NCBI GenBank assembly: GCA_964477085.1
Contig: CAYZDF010000005.1
Span: forward strand, 1,233-65,232
Length of the DNA: 64,000 nucleotides
Origin: an uncultured Gracilibacteraceae bacterium
Lineage (GTDB): Bacteria; Bacillota; Desulfitobacteriia; Desulfitobacteriales; Syntrophobotulaceae
Direction: 5' to 3'
The position numbers were made by a program, and so were the translations under genes. The notes under the pieces were generated by a model, which had not been told where the DNA came from, made no database searches, and was given only the letters and a program-made list of their open reading frames with translations. This document shows positions 55,099 through 62,810 of this stretch, one piece after another; positions within the stretch are counted from its first letter, which is position 1; each line of letters starts with the position of its first letter.

Positions 55099-55929
55099 CT
55101 ATCCTTTGTTTACATAATCAAGTACTGCTTTGCCGGTTTGTTTGCGGCCCTTACCAGTATGGTGCTCGAACAGTTTAATTTTCTGGCCTTCGACTACGTA
55201 CTCGTCTTCTGTACCCCCAACCCCATGAACTTCTTCAAAAGCGTTTACCAGCTGTAGTGAGGCTATCCCTAGTCGTATGGCCGGTGCCTTAAGATCTTCC
55301 TGGAGATAGGGGACGATCCTTTCTTCAGCATCGCCAAAGTAAAGTATTAGGGCTGGAAGTTTAGCCATTTTGTTTTCCTCCTGTTTATATGGAATTTCTA
55401 AAGCTTTTGAGAGCCCTACACAAATAGCTTCTGCGACCTTCTCATCAAAGCTATCCTGCTTCATTAGTGCTTCCTCTTTTGGATTTGAGATGAAACCTAC
55501 TTCGACTAAAATGGCTGGGCATTTAGTTTCTCTGATAACATGAAGATTACCATATTTAGCCCCACGATCTGCTAGATTAGTTACTTTGATAAGTTCTGCC
55601 TGAACAGCTTCAGCGATAGTTTTATCTGCTTGCTTATAGTAGAATGTTTCGATCCCGTGAGCTGATGGACTGGAGACGGAATTACCATGGATCGAAACAA
55701 GGTACTCTGCTCCCCATTGGTTAGACTTGTTACTTACATCCCATAGATCCCCATCTTGAATCAATACGGTCATCCAGCCATTTCTGCTCAGCTTAGATTG
55801 TACTAATTTTGAAACTTCATAGGCTTGATCAGATTCTTTCAGACCCGTCGGGCCAATCGCACCAGGGTCAAAGATACCTGAATTTTTTGGCCCATGTCCT
55901 GAGTTGATTACGATTCTAGGTGATGCCAT
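55099..55929 (-). CDS. N-acetylmuramoyl-L-alanine amidase (Amidase_3) with an uncharacterised C-terminal domain of about 85 aa
   Basis: VINSGHGPKNSG..DPGA...SIHGNS...HGIETFYY...AILVEVGFISNPKE Zn-amidase motifs. RBS AAGGAGG. Confidence 0.8.
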   Translation of the reverse strand: MASPRIVINSGHGPKNSGIFDPGAIGPTGLKESDQAYEVSKLVQSKLSRNGWMTVLIQDGDLWDVSNKSNQWGAEYLVSIHGNSVSSPSAHGIETFYYKQADKTIAEAVQAELIKVTNLADRGAKYGNLHVIRETKCPAILVEVGFISNPKEEALMKQDSFDEKVAEAICVGLSKALEIPYKQEENKMAKLPALILYFGDAEERIVPYLQEDLKAPAIRLGIASLQLVNAFEEVHGVGGTEDEYVVEGQKIKLFEHHTGKGRKQTGKAVLDYVNKG

Positions 55930-55943
55930 TTAAATTACCTCCT

Positions 55944-56204
55944 TCAGGCTGTTCGATAAGTTGTAATCTCACCTTTCCAGACAAAATAGTATAGTGATCC
56001 CATGAGTATCCGGTGGACCTCATCCTCCGGAATCCCGGAGACGCATGCTGCTGATCTGAGACTTACCGGGAAGCTTTGGCAGTTTCCCAAGAATTCATAC
56101 AATCTAGCTAAGCCAGCGATTGGGTTACTCCATCGAGGATTAACCGCTTCAGAGACTGATGTTACCTCTACTTTGTTTTTCTTCCGTTTCTTGCGGGACA
56201 ACAC
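55944..56204 (-). CDS. Small basic protein (about 86 aa), possible DNA binder
   Basis: Track ORF 55944..56297. Start moved to the GTG after AAAGGGG, giving MLSRKKRKKNKVEV... Overlaps the end of the upstream ORF by 56 nt, so one of the two boundaries is uncertain. Confidence 0.35.
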   Translation of the reverse strand: MLSRKKRKKNKVEVTSVSEAVNPRWSNPIAGLARLYEFLGNCQSFPVSLRSAACVSGIPEDEVHRILMGSLYYFVWKGEITTYRTA

Positions 56205-56550
56205 TATCACCCCTTTCAACTTTCTCTGCAATGCTTTGGAGCAGATCATAAAATGGGATCCAGTCGCCATTGTTGCTATAGCCAGGAGAATGAGCAAAGA
56301 TATATGGATCCCTTAGATTATGCCGTTGATATACTTTGTACTTTCTAGCTTCCTCTAAAGAAAAGAAGAAAGCTATTTCGTCATGTTCAGAGCATTCTTT
56401 ACCATCGCATGCTGGATCACATTTTGTACAAACATTCTTTTTGTCATACACGATAACTATTGGTCTGTTAGTATCCATCGTATCGGTATGAAGAAATTGA
56501 AGTAACAGCTCTTCCATTTGTGGACCAATCTCAATAGTTATTCTTTTCAT
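56149..56550 (-). CDS. Hypothetical Cys-rich early protein
   Basis: RBS AGGAGG. CTKCDPACDGKEC cluster. No family recognised. Confidence 0.5.
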   Translation of the reverse strand: MKRITIEIGPQMEELLLQFLHTDTMDTNRPIVIVYDKKNVCTKCDPACDGKECSEHDEIAFFFSLEEARKYKVYQRHNLRDPYIFAHSPGYSNNGDWIPFYDLLQSIAEKVERGDSVVPQETEEKQSRGNISL

Positions 56551-56560
56551 AGAAAACCTC

Positions 56561-56713
56561 CTAGTAAAGTAAGTTCTTTAACCTGCCGGTATCTCTATTC
56601 ACTAGTACCATCTGACCCGGTAAGTTTTTGACCACCAGCCAATTATCCGGGTTCAGACGTGCTTCTTTAAGAATGATTTTCTGCTTCAGGGTAGGCTTCT
56701 TGCCGTTCTTCAT
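56561..56713 (-). CDS. Small 50-aa protein (DUF6906-like pattern; below ORF-track cutoff)
   Basis: Own translation: MKNGKKPTLKQKIILKEARLNPDNWLVVKNLPGQMVLVNRDTGRLKNLLY. RBS GGAGTGGAG. Confidence 0.5.
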   Translation of the reverse strand: MKNGKKPTLKQKIILKEARLNPDNWLVVKNLPGQMVLVNRDTGRLKNLLY

Positions 56714-56727
56714 TAGCTCCACTCCAA

Positions 56728-57711
56728 TCAGTACAGCATCTTATAGTTAGTAGCGTTTTTAACGATATCGGCAGAAATCTCTCCACCCTCAGCAGCTTCA
56801 AGGGCTAGTTCCAGAACCTCGGTGAAGTTACCCATGCCACCGTGTTTTACATCTATGGCTATGGCCACGAGTAAGTCTTCGGCCTGTTTAGTAATCTTGT
56901 ATTTTTTAAGAACGTTACGAATCTCTTGTTCCTTAACTCCCTGAAGTTTCATCATGTATTTGCGTCTGTATAGCTGTGCAAGATTATCGTTACCTGTACC
57001 ACGAGTCAGGAGTTCCTCAAGTACCGGAGTTCCTACAAAGATAATAGGGGTATGAGTGTTATCCCAAATCTTCCTGAGCATATCAAATTTGTCGGTGTCC
57101 CATTTCTCCAGATATTCAGCTTCATCGATTACGAAAGTAAGGTTTTTCCCTTTCAGAGCTGTAATAATCTGCTGGGCTTTTTTATATGCAGAGCCTCTTT
57201 TTAGTTCCACTCCGCACGCTTCAGCTAAGACCTGGAACATATCATTCATACGCATACTAGGAAAGGCTTCGATATATACTGCTCCATCAGTTCTATCAAT
57301 GTACTCCTTCACTGCCGTGGTCTTCCCGCTGCCGGGGTATCCGATAATTACACCCATCTTGCGACGGATCCGCATGTCTTCACAAAAACCGAGTACAGCA
57401 TTGAACTCACCTGTGTGGAATATTTCTACAGTATGGCTATATTCAAAATTCGCCGGGGACTCCCCATAGCACATATTAAGGATTTTTATCAGTGCAGTTC
57501 TTACTTCAGGACTTTCTTTCCCCTGGTTGACGAACAATGAGATTCTCGAACGATGTACCCCAGTCTTCTTCGCCATCTCGGCATAGGTGATCCCCTCATT
57601 ATCCTTAATTTTTTGTATCATTTCAGATAGCTGCTCGTTGGTTAAGTTATTATAATTAACCTTTTCACTTTCGTTGTTCACTAGGATACTTGGTAATGTA
57701 GCTATACTCAT
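56728..57711 (-). CDS. MuB-like AAA+ transposition ATPase with N-terminal HTH
   Basis: Walker A GYPGSGKTT and Walker B FVIDEAEYL. N-terminal HTH GITYAEMAKKTGVHRSRISLFV. Start at the Met after GGGAGA. Confidence 0.8.
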   Translation of the reverse strand: MSIATLPSILVNNESEKVNYNNLTNEQLSEMIQKIKDNEGITYAEMAKKTGVHRSRISLFVNQGKESPEVRTALIKILNMCYGESPANFEYSHTVEIFHTGEFNAVLGFCEDMRIRRKMGVIIGYPGSGKTTAVKEYIDRTDGAVYIEAFPSMRMNDMFQVLAEACGVELKRGSAYKKAQQIITALKGKNLTFVIDEAEYLEKWDTDKFDMLRKIWDNTHTPIIFVGTPVLEELLTRGTGNDNLAQLYRRKYMMKLQGVKEQEIRNVLKKYKITKQAEDLLVAIAIDVKHGGMGNFTEVLELALEAAEGGEISADIVKNATNYKMLY

Positions 57712-57732
57712 GCAAACATCTCCCTTCAATTT

Positions 57733-59805
57733 TTAACTGTAGTTACTGCTCCGCTGCAGTACTCTTTCTCCCATACGCTCAAACCTCTTCTTAACATCGC
57801 CGTCTTCCTGCCGCTCAGACTTTAAAGACTTACGACTTGTGACAGCTTTTTCGTATTCTTTCATGGCCTTCTCATGTTCCAGGGATGTGATATTACCCTT
57901 AGCAGTATGATCAATCTCCCCAGTGAGCTGGTTCGAGCTGGCCTGTTTACGAACCGGTATTTTGCGACCGGTCAATTGGGCTATCCTTAGTTTGGTTTCA
58001 TGCTCCTGGCGTTTCTGTGCTGCGACTGTAGAAGCAACCTTGTCTTGGTCTTCAAGCACCATCTTAAGTTCTTCCTTCTGAGTAGCAGCACATATGAATT
58101 TACCTTCTTTGGTAGTCACTATGATTACCTCATCATCCTTACTGTTGTACTTGATAGTGACCATTTCCCGATTAAGGTGTGCCAGTTCTTGATGCCAGAA
58201 CATCTTGGTGTTGAACTTGATACCCTGGGGACCAACTCTTCTTAGATCAAATTCCATCTTGCAGATTCCCAGCTGTGCCCAACTTGGTTCTTCATACCTG
58301 GCTTTGGGCTTTTCACTGTAAAGCTGAAGAGGGGTCTTATTGTTGTATCCCTCACCGGTAAGTGGAGAGTTATGATATTCCGGTAGTACTGTGGATATGA
58401 AATATTCCCTGAGTTCATCTAAGGTCCAGAGCTTACCCTGGTGTATGAGTTTCTTAAGCATTTTATTGAAATCTTCCGGACGCTCATCAGGATCAGTGCC
58501 ACACCATCCAGGTATCTCTCTTACATATCTGTCAGATAAAGTCCCGAACCACCGTTCGATTGGTTTAACCCACCCGTGGTATGCTTTAGCATGAATGTTT
58601 TGAATTCTCAGCTCTGCGAGTAGACCCTTAGTCTCGATGTTGTACTCAATTGCTTTACCGAGATCCTTGAAAACAACTTTGCCACCCTCAAACATCTGTG
58701 CTCTGTAATCTCTACCATTATCCGTGTAGGTTACTAGTGGGATACCGCAAAAAGGTACGTCTGTTTTCTTCACCGATGCATGAATGAAAGCTTCAGCAAT
58801 GGTCCTACTGTTAGGCTGCATAGATATGCACCATCCGACTAAGCAGCCGGTTGCCATATCATACCAAGCGGTGAGCCAGGGTCTGCCTATATTCCCGTCC
58901 TGATCGATACAAAAACAGTTCCACTGATAATGATCTCCGAACCATACTTCGTTGACTTGCCCCGGCTTGGCTCTCTTGGCCTTGTGCAGATAATGAGCTT
59001 CCCAGTATTTTCTGCCTTGTCTAGCCATAGCTTCTATCTCAGGTGGTATATCGGAGAGTATACGAATTGCAGACTTCTCACAGTGCGAATACTTGAGACC
59101 GGTCAGGTTGTGACCTCTACATTCTTTCAGACTGGGATCATGTTCAATTAGCTTTTGTCTGGAGATGGATCCTTCTTTGAACTCACAGTTTTTACAAGCT
59201 GTATTGCCAAGTTTTTTGGCCTGTTTAACCATCATTTCATAACATACAGTCTTGCTCCGCTTAAGTGGGGTAAGGTATAGGTCCATCATGATTTGAAGTG
59301 CTTTCAGACAAAAGCTACTGCTTCCAACATCTTCACGTTCCTTACGGATTAAGCCAGCGAGCCCTTTGGTTTCATAGTTCTTAATCCAATCGCACAGTGT
59401 TCTAAACCCTATGCCTTCATCCTTAGCCAGCTTCTGGCGAAGGATTGTGACCTGACCTTTAGCATGTATATTAGTAATATTTAATGCTCTTTGCACAATA
59501 TCCAGCTTCCAGAGTAACTTTTCCATACCTTCCTCACCATATCTCTGACGGAAGGTGACCAGGTCGGTCTCTAAAGACTGTTCTAATTCAGGTTCGTCAT
59601 ACTTGACACGCCGCTCTTCCAAGTAACGGATCTGGGCTTCGGTAGGTAGAGAAGATAGCTGTACTAGATAGATTTTGTTGCCCCGGTAGTTAATCTTCTC
59701 CTTGGCTTTGTATTCGCCAGATTGGATTTTCCGTCTGACATGTCTTTCGTTATGTCTGCATAATTCAGCGGCTCTATCTGTAGTTACATAATCGTTAAAG
59801 AACAT
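57733..59805 (-). CDS. Mu-type DDE transposase (MuA-like)
   Basis: rve-like core WFGDHYQW...VTYTDNGRDYRA plus a Mu-transposase-like C-terminal region and an N-terminal HTH. Start set at MFFNDY (RBS AAAGGGGTGA). Confidence 0.85.
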   Translation of the reverse strand: MFFNDYVTTDRAAELCRHNERHVRRKIQSGEYKAKEKINYRGNKIYLVQLSSLPTEAQIRYLEERRVKYDEPELEQSLETDLVTFRQRYGEEGMEKLLWKLDIVQRALNITNIHAKGQVTILRQKLAKDEGIGFRTLCDWIKNYETKGLAGLIRKEREDVGSSSFCLKALQIMMDLYLTPLKRSKTVCYEMMVKQAKKLGNTACKNCEFKEGSISRQKLIEHDPSLKECRGHNLTGLKYSHCEKSAIRILSDIPPEIEAMARQGRKYWEAHYLHKAKRAKPGQVNEVWFGDHYQWNCFCIDQDGNIGRPWLTAWYDMATGCLVGWCISMQPNSRTIAEAFIHASVKKTDVPFCGIPLVTYTDNGRDYRAQMFEGGKVVFKDLGKAIEYNIETKGLLAELRIQNIHAKAYHGWVKPIERWFGTLSDRYVREIPGWCGTDPDERPEDFNKMLKKLIHQGKLWTLDELREYFISTVLPEYHNSPLTGEGYNNKTPLQLYSEKPKARYEEPSWAQLGICKMEFDLRRVGPQGIKFNTKMFWHQELAHLNREMVTIKYNSKDDEVIIVTTKEGKFICAATQKEELKMVLEDQDKVASTVAAQKRQEHETKLRIAQLTGRKIPVRKQASSNQLTGEIDHTAKGNITSLEHEKAMKEYEKAVTSRKSLKSERQEDGDVKKRFERMGERVLQRSSNYS

Positions 59806-59948
59806 CTTTTCCTGTCTCACCCCTTTATAACGATGCAAATGGTTGATATAATAGGTATGGAGTATATTTTAGGCTGAAGAATTTCCGGAGTTTTCGTTGG
59901 ATGCGGTAGCTCCGGTTTTCTTGATTGTTGCCCAAAATATACTCTTCT

Positions 59949-60419
59949 TCATTGGCCAGCCTCCGGCAGGATTACTCTGATCTTGACCAGGCGACGTCCC
60001 CAAGTGATAGCTTCCTGTTCTGTATCCATGAAGACATCGATTATATCTCCCTTGATCAGCCTACCGGTATCCTCAGCTACTCCGATCCCATAACCTGGTA
60101 CTTCAATGATAGAGCCAAGTGGTATTACTTTAGGATCTACTGCAATGGTCCCGACCCTCGGCCAGGTCTCTGTGAATGTCATGTAGCCGGTGTGGGTATA
60201 GGCTGTGGATTCTACTATCATAGTGATGACGTCTTGTACCTGTTCAGAAACTCCTTTTGGTTCAGGTACATAAGCTAATACTTTCGGTGCCGGTAGGATC
60301 TCATATGGCTGAGGTTTTTCCTCACTGGTTAGACCTGCCAGCTTGGCTGGTATGAAGATTGCTATGGCTACGATGATGACCAGGATGATCAGCTTATAAT
60401 TTGCTCTAATATTGAACAC
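59949..60419 (-). CDS. Membrane-anchored 3D-domain protein (YuiC/MltA-like lytic transglycosylase fold)
   Basis: N-terminal TM helix LIILVIIVAIAIFIP. STAYTHTG...GTIAVDPKVIPLGSIIEVPGYGIGVAEDTGRLIKGDIIDVF is the 3D-domain signature. GTG start with RBS GAGGAGTGAG. Confidence 0.75.
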   Translation of the reverse strand: MFNIRANYKLIILVIIVAIAIFIPAKLAGLTSEEKPQPYEILPAPKVLAYVPEPKGVSEQVQDVITMIVESTAYTHTGYMTFTETWPRVGTIAVDPKVIPLGSIIEVPGYGIGVAEDTGRLIKGDIIDVFMDTEQEAITWGRRLVKIRVILPEAGQ

Positions 60420-60426
60420 CTCTTAC

Positions 60427-60690
60427 TCACTCCTCTGGTTCTGGTTCCTTCTTTTTGAGTTCGATCAAGATTGCTAGGCGTTTTTCTTGTTCCTCCTGGA
60501 TTAGGTTGACGATTTCTTGTATACCCTGATATTTGCTCTGTAGAATTGCGATTTCGTTTTCGATTGCCTGTGCTTCTTCTTGCTTCTGGACGATAACTTC
60601 CTGTAAGCAATCTACCTGGAGATCTACTTTAACGAGCTTCAATTTCGCATCACAAACCTTTTTTGTAGCCCTGTTCAGCATAGTTACCAA
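60427..60690 (-). CDS. Coiled-coil early protein, unknown function
   Basis: 87 aa. TTG start 10 nt after AGGAGG. Heptad-rich. Confidence 0.45.
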   Translation of the reverse strand: MVTMLNRATKKVCDAKLKLVKVDLQVDCLQEVIVQKQEEAQAIENEIAILQSKYQGIQEIVNLIQEEQEKRLAILIELKKKEPEPEE

Positions 60691-60708
60691 TTAGATTTTA
60701 CCTCCTCT

Positions 60709-60906
60709 CTAGGCTGCTTCCCCGACGCCAAGGATTACAGCTATCTTTTCCCGGTATTTTGTACCAGGGCGGGTACCATAAAGGATCTCGCTGAACCTGT
60801 TCAAGGGTATGTCATTCTTCATACAAAATTCTTTCTGGCTCAAACCCAACTGCAATAGTTTTACCTTTACCTGATAACCGAACGGGGTCAGCTCCTTAAG
60901 TTTCAC
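60709..60906 (-). CDS. Ner/Cro-like HTH DNA-binding protein
   Basis: LLQLGLSQKEFCMKNDIPLNRFSEIL...KYREKIAVILGV resembles Ner/Nlp. Start set at the GTG 8 nt after AAGGAGG; the track start is 60915. Confidence 0.6.
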   Translation of the reverse strand: MKLKELTPFGYQVKVKLLQLGLSQKEFCMKNDIPLNRFSEILYGTRPGTKYREKIAVILGVGEAA

Positions 60907-61005
60907 GGCCACCACCTCCTTAGTGGATATTTGACAGGATTTCCCTCCCTTATGTCGAATTTGTAGGTGTCCAGACCACTATCAAACATAAGGGAGGTGA
61001 ATAAA

Positions 61006-61260
61006 ATGGGTGACTCTAAATTTCAACCTTTACTTAGCAGAATGGAAGAATTTAATCAAAACAAGGCTTTCAGAAGCTTAGAATCATATCTAGCTATTAG
61101 AAATGATTCGCTATACAGAGAGTTCTGCGAAGTAAGGGTAGAGAACGTGCTAAATCCAATCTTTCAAGAGTTTCTTTCAAAATCCAATGACTTGCTACTT
61201 CCTCTTGCTATCAATAACCTGAAAGCTTATATTGATCAAAAATCTAACCAAGAGACCTAG
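61006..61260 (+). CDS. Hypothetical 84-aa helical protein encoded antisense inside the early operon
   Basis: RBS AGGGAGG lies 8 nt before ATG 61006. Its 3' end overlaps the convergent gene by 17 nt. Confidence 0.5.
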   Translation: MGDSKFQPLLSRMEEFNQNKAFRSLESYLAIRNDSLYREFCEVRVENVLNPIFQEFLSKSNDLLLPLAINNLKAYIDQKSNQET

Positions 61261-61546
61261 TCTTTAGAGCCTTAACGTAATTTAGTAAAATGCTTAAGTT
61301 ATGTTCAAGAGCATTAATTAGCACAGGCAATTCTTTTTGCGAATAAGCAACTGGCATCCTCTCGTTTACCGAAAGTGTTTCGCTAATCAGTTCCGTTGAC
61401 TCTTTAATTGCCAGTGTTAAGACCACTTTTTCGTTGTCATCAAGATGTTCTAAATGCTCCAGGATTATTTTGTTTGTATAAGACATAATACATAACTGTT
61501 TATTTAGTAATAAAGGCAACGTTTCTCTAGCCAGTCTCTCGTCCAC
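61244..61546 (-). CDS. First early-operon protein, unknown function (100 aa)
   Basis: GTG start 7 nt after GGAAGGAGGG. About 200 nt downstream of the predicted early promoter. Confidence 0.55.
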   Translation of the reverse strand: MDERLARETLPLLLNKQLCIMSYTNKIILEHLEHLDDNEKVVLTLAIKESTELISETLSVNERMPVAYSQKELPVLINALEHNLSILLNYVKALKTRSLG

Positions 61547-61760
61547 TTCAAATCCCTCCTTCCCACAATTGAAGATTTTTTAAAAATTTCTCATATCCAG
61601 AAACCGATATTAAAGGATTTTTTCGACAAACGTTGAACCTTGATAGTTGCACTATTAAGGTATTTTTTTACTCCTTTCTTCATATATTCCGACATATTAT
61701 TCCGTTGTCGGTTTGTCCATATCGTGATACGCTTGTCGTGGAAATTATTCCCTTAAAGAT

Positions 61761-61789
61761 ATTATACACGTTATATATAACGCAATCAA
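61761..61789 (-). promoter_or_regulatory. Early promoter Pe candidate
   Basis: Minus strand reads TTGATT - 17 nt - TATAAT. The spacer is filled by the palindromic operator. Confidence 0.55.
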
Positions 61790-61815
61790 TAGTAAAATGT
61801 AATATTTAACGCAAT
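61768..61815. promoter_or_regulatory. Operator sites: palindrome ACGTTATATATAACGC plus a second TAACGCAAT copy
   Basis: 14-bp perfect palindrome CGTTATATATAACG at 61769-61782. 9-mer TAACGCAAT at 61778-61786 and 61807-61815. Confidence 0.5.
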
Positions 61816-61854
61816 GGGTTAGATTTTACGCTGATTTGAAATGGAGTGGTTGGA

Positions 61855-62649
61855 TTGTCCTCTTTTGGTGAGCGTTTAAAAAAACGCAGGGAAGAAAAAG
61901 GTCTTTCTTTAAGGCAAATAGAAACTGCTACTGGCATAACTAACAGTAATTTGAGTAAAATCGAACGCAATAAAATTAGCCCTTCACTTGATGCTGCAGT
62001 ATTGATTTCGGACTGTCTTGATGAATCTCTTGATTACTTAGCAAAAGGATTAGTCATATATGACGAACCTGATCCTGCTATAAATGAGTTGATAGAATTG
62101 TTCAAGAAATTAGATGAGGTTAATCAGCATACTGTAAAATCCTATACTTCTTTTCTGTTAACTCAAAATCAAAATAAAAAACGTGCTCCGGATCGTGCCA
62201 CGCAAACTGAATCTATTAAAGAAGAGAAAAGCGTTTATTTACCTGTGCTAGGATCTGTAGCTGCGGGGATGCCAATAATGGCCCATGAGCTGGTTGAAGG
62301 ATTCCTACCTGTACCTGCTGTAAAGGTTAAGAAAAACACCTATATAGTTAAGGCGAAGGGCGATAGTATGATCGACGCAGGTATAAACAACGGTGACCTG
62401 GTCATGATCCACCCGCAGCCGTCAGTAGAGCAGGGGGAAATGGCCCTCGTAAAAGTGGATGGAAACGTCACAATCAAGAAGTTCTACCGATATGATCACG
62501 AGATCAGGTTGAAACCAGCGAACGGTAATATGAGGGACATAGTGATTACCGACCTGGCTAAAATCAAAGTGCTGGGAAGAGTTATTGGAATCATACCGGC
62601 TGAGGAAGCGAACCTGACTATGCGGGATGATTTTAACGGAGATACCTAA
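61855..62649 (+). CDS. Prophage repressor: XRE-family HTH + S24 (LexA/CI-like) autopeptidase domain
   Basis: FGERLKKRREEKGLSLRQIETATGITNSNLSKIERNK (HTH). VLGSVAAGMPI...KGDSM (Ser)...VTIKKF (Lys). TTG 61855 lies 8 nt after GGAG; the track start is GTG 61846. Confidence 0.85.
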   Translation: MSSFGERLKKRREEKGLSLRQIETATGITNSNLSKIERNKISPSLDAAVLISDCLDESLDYLAKGLVIYDEPDPAINELIELFKKLDEVNQHTVKSYTSFLLTQNQNKKRAPDRATQTESIKEEKSVYLPVLGSVAAGMPIMAHELVEGFLPVPAVKVKKNTYIVKAKGDSMIDAGINNGDLVMIHPQPSVEQGEMALVKVDGNVTIKKFYRYDHEIRLKPANGNMRDIVITDLAKIKVLGRVIGIIPAEEANLTMRDDFNGDT

Positions 62650-62695
62650 AATCTTTTTTTTAGTTTCTTTTGTGGAAAGTATTCCACAAACAGAC

Positions 62696-62735
62696 AACCC
62701 ACCTTATAATTGAGGTGGGTTTGTTTATGTATTTT
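62696..62735 (+). terminator. Rho-independent terminator after the repressor gene
   Basis: AACCCACCT tataattg AGGTGGGTT followed by TGTTTATGTATTTT. Confidence 0.65.
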
Positions 62736-62810
62736 ACTATTTGTTTAAACGTGCTAAGACCTTTAGAAATCCACAAACCAAATAATTACTTCTAGGAGGG
62801 TCTTTACACT

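Noticed and set aside
60389-60610. 73-aa minus-strand ORF overlapping the coiled-coil early gene in another frame
   Set aside because: It is an Arg/Ser/Thr-rich out-of-frame translation with no RBS. The overlapping 60427..60690 frame has AGGAGG and heptad character.
61334-61343. Exact inverted copy (TTTTTGCGAA) of the right-end 10-mer, considered as the prophage left end
   Set aside because: It lies inside a well-supported early ORF (61244..61546). The early promoter, operators and the divergent repressor all lie further out. A single 10-mer match has a non-negligible chance expectation in 64 kb. It could still be an internal transposase-binding site.
61600-61710. Possible 30-34-codon basic leader peptide (MSEYMKKGVKKYLNSATIKVQRLSKKSFNIGFWI) on the minus strand between Pe and the first early gene
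   Set aside because: It has only a weak RBS and I cannot assess conservation. It is too short to call from sequence alone.
62671-62688. Palindrome TGTGGAAagtaTTCCACA after the repressor gene, considered as the prophage left terminus
   Set aside because: It does not resemble the right-end motif (no TTTTGCGAA repeats, no matching terminal sequence). It is followed by a normal terminator and an operon with phage-cargo character, so it is more likely an operator or RNA hairpin.
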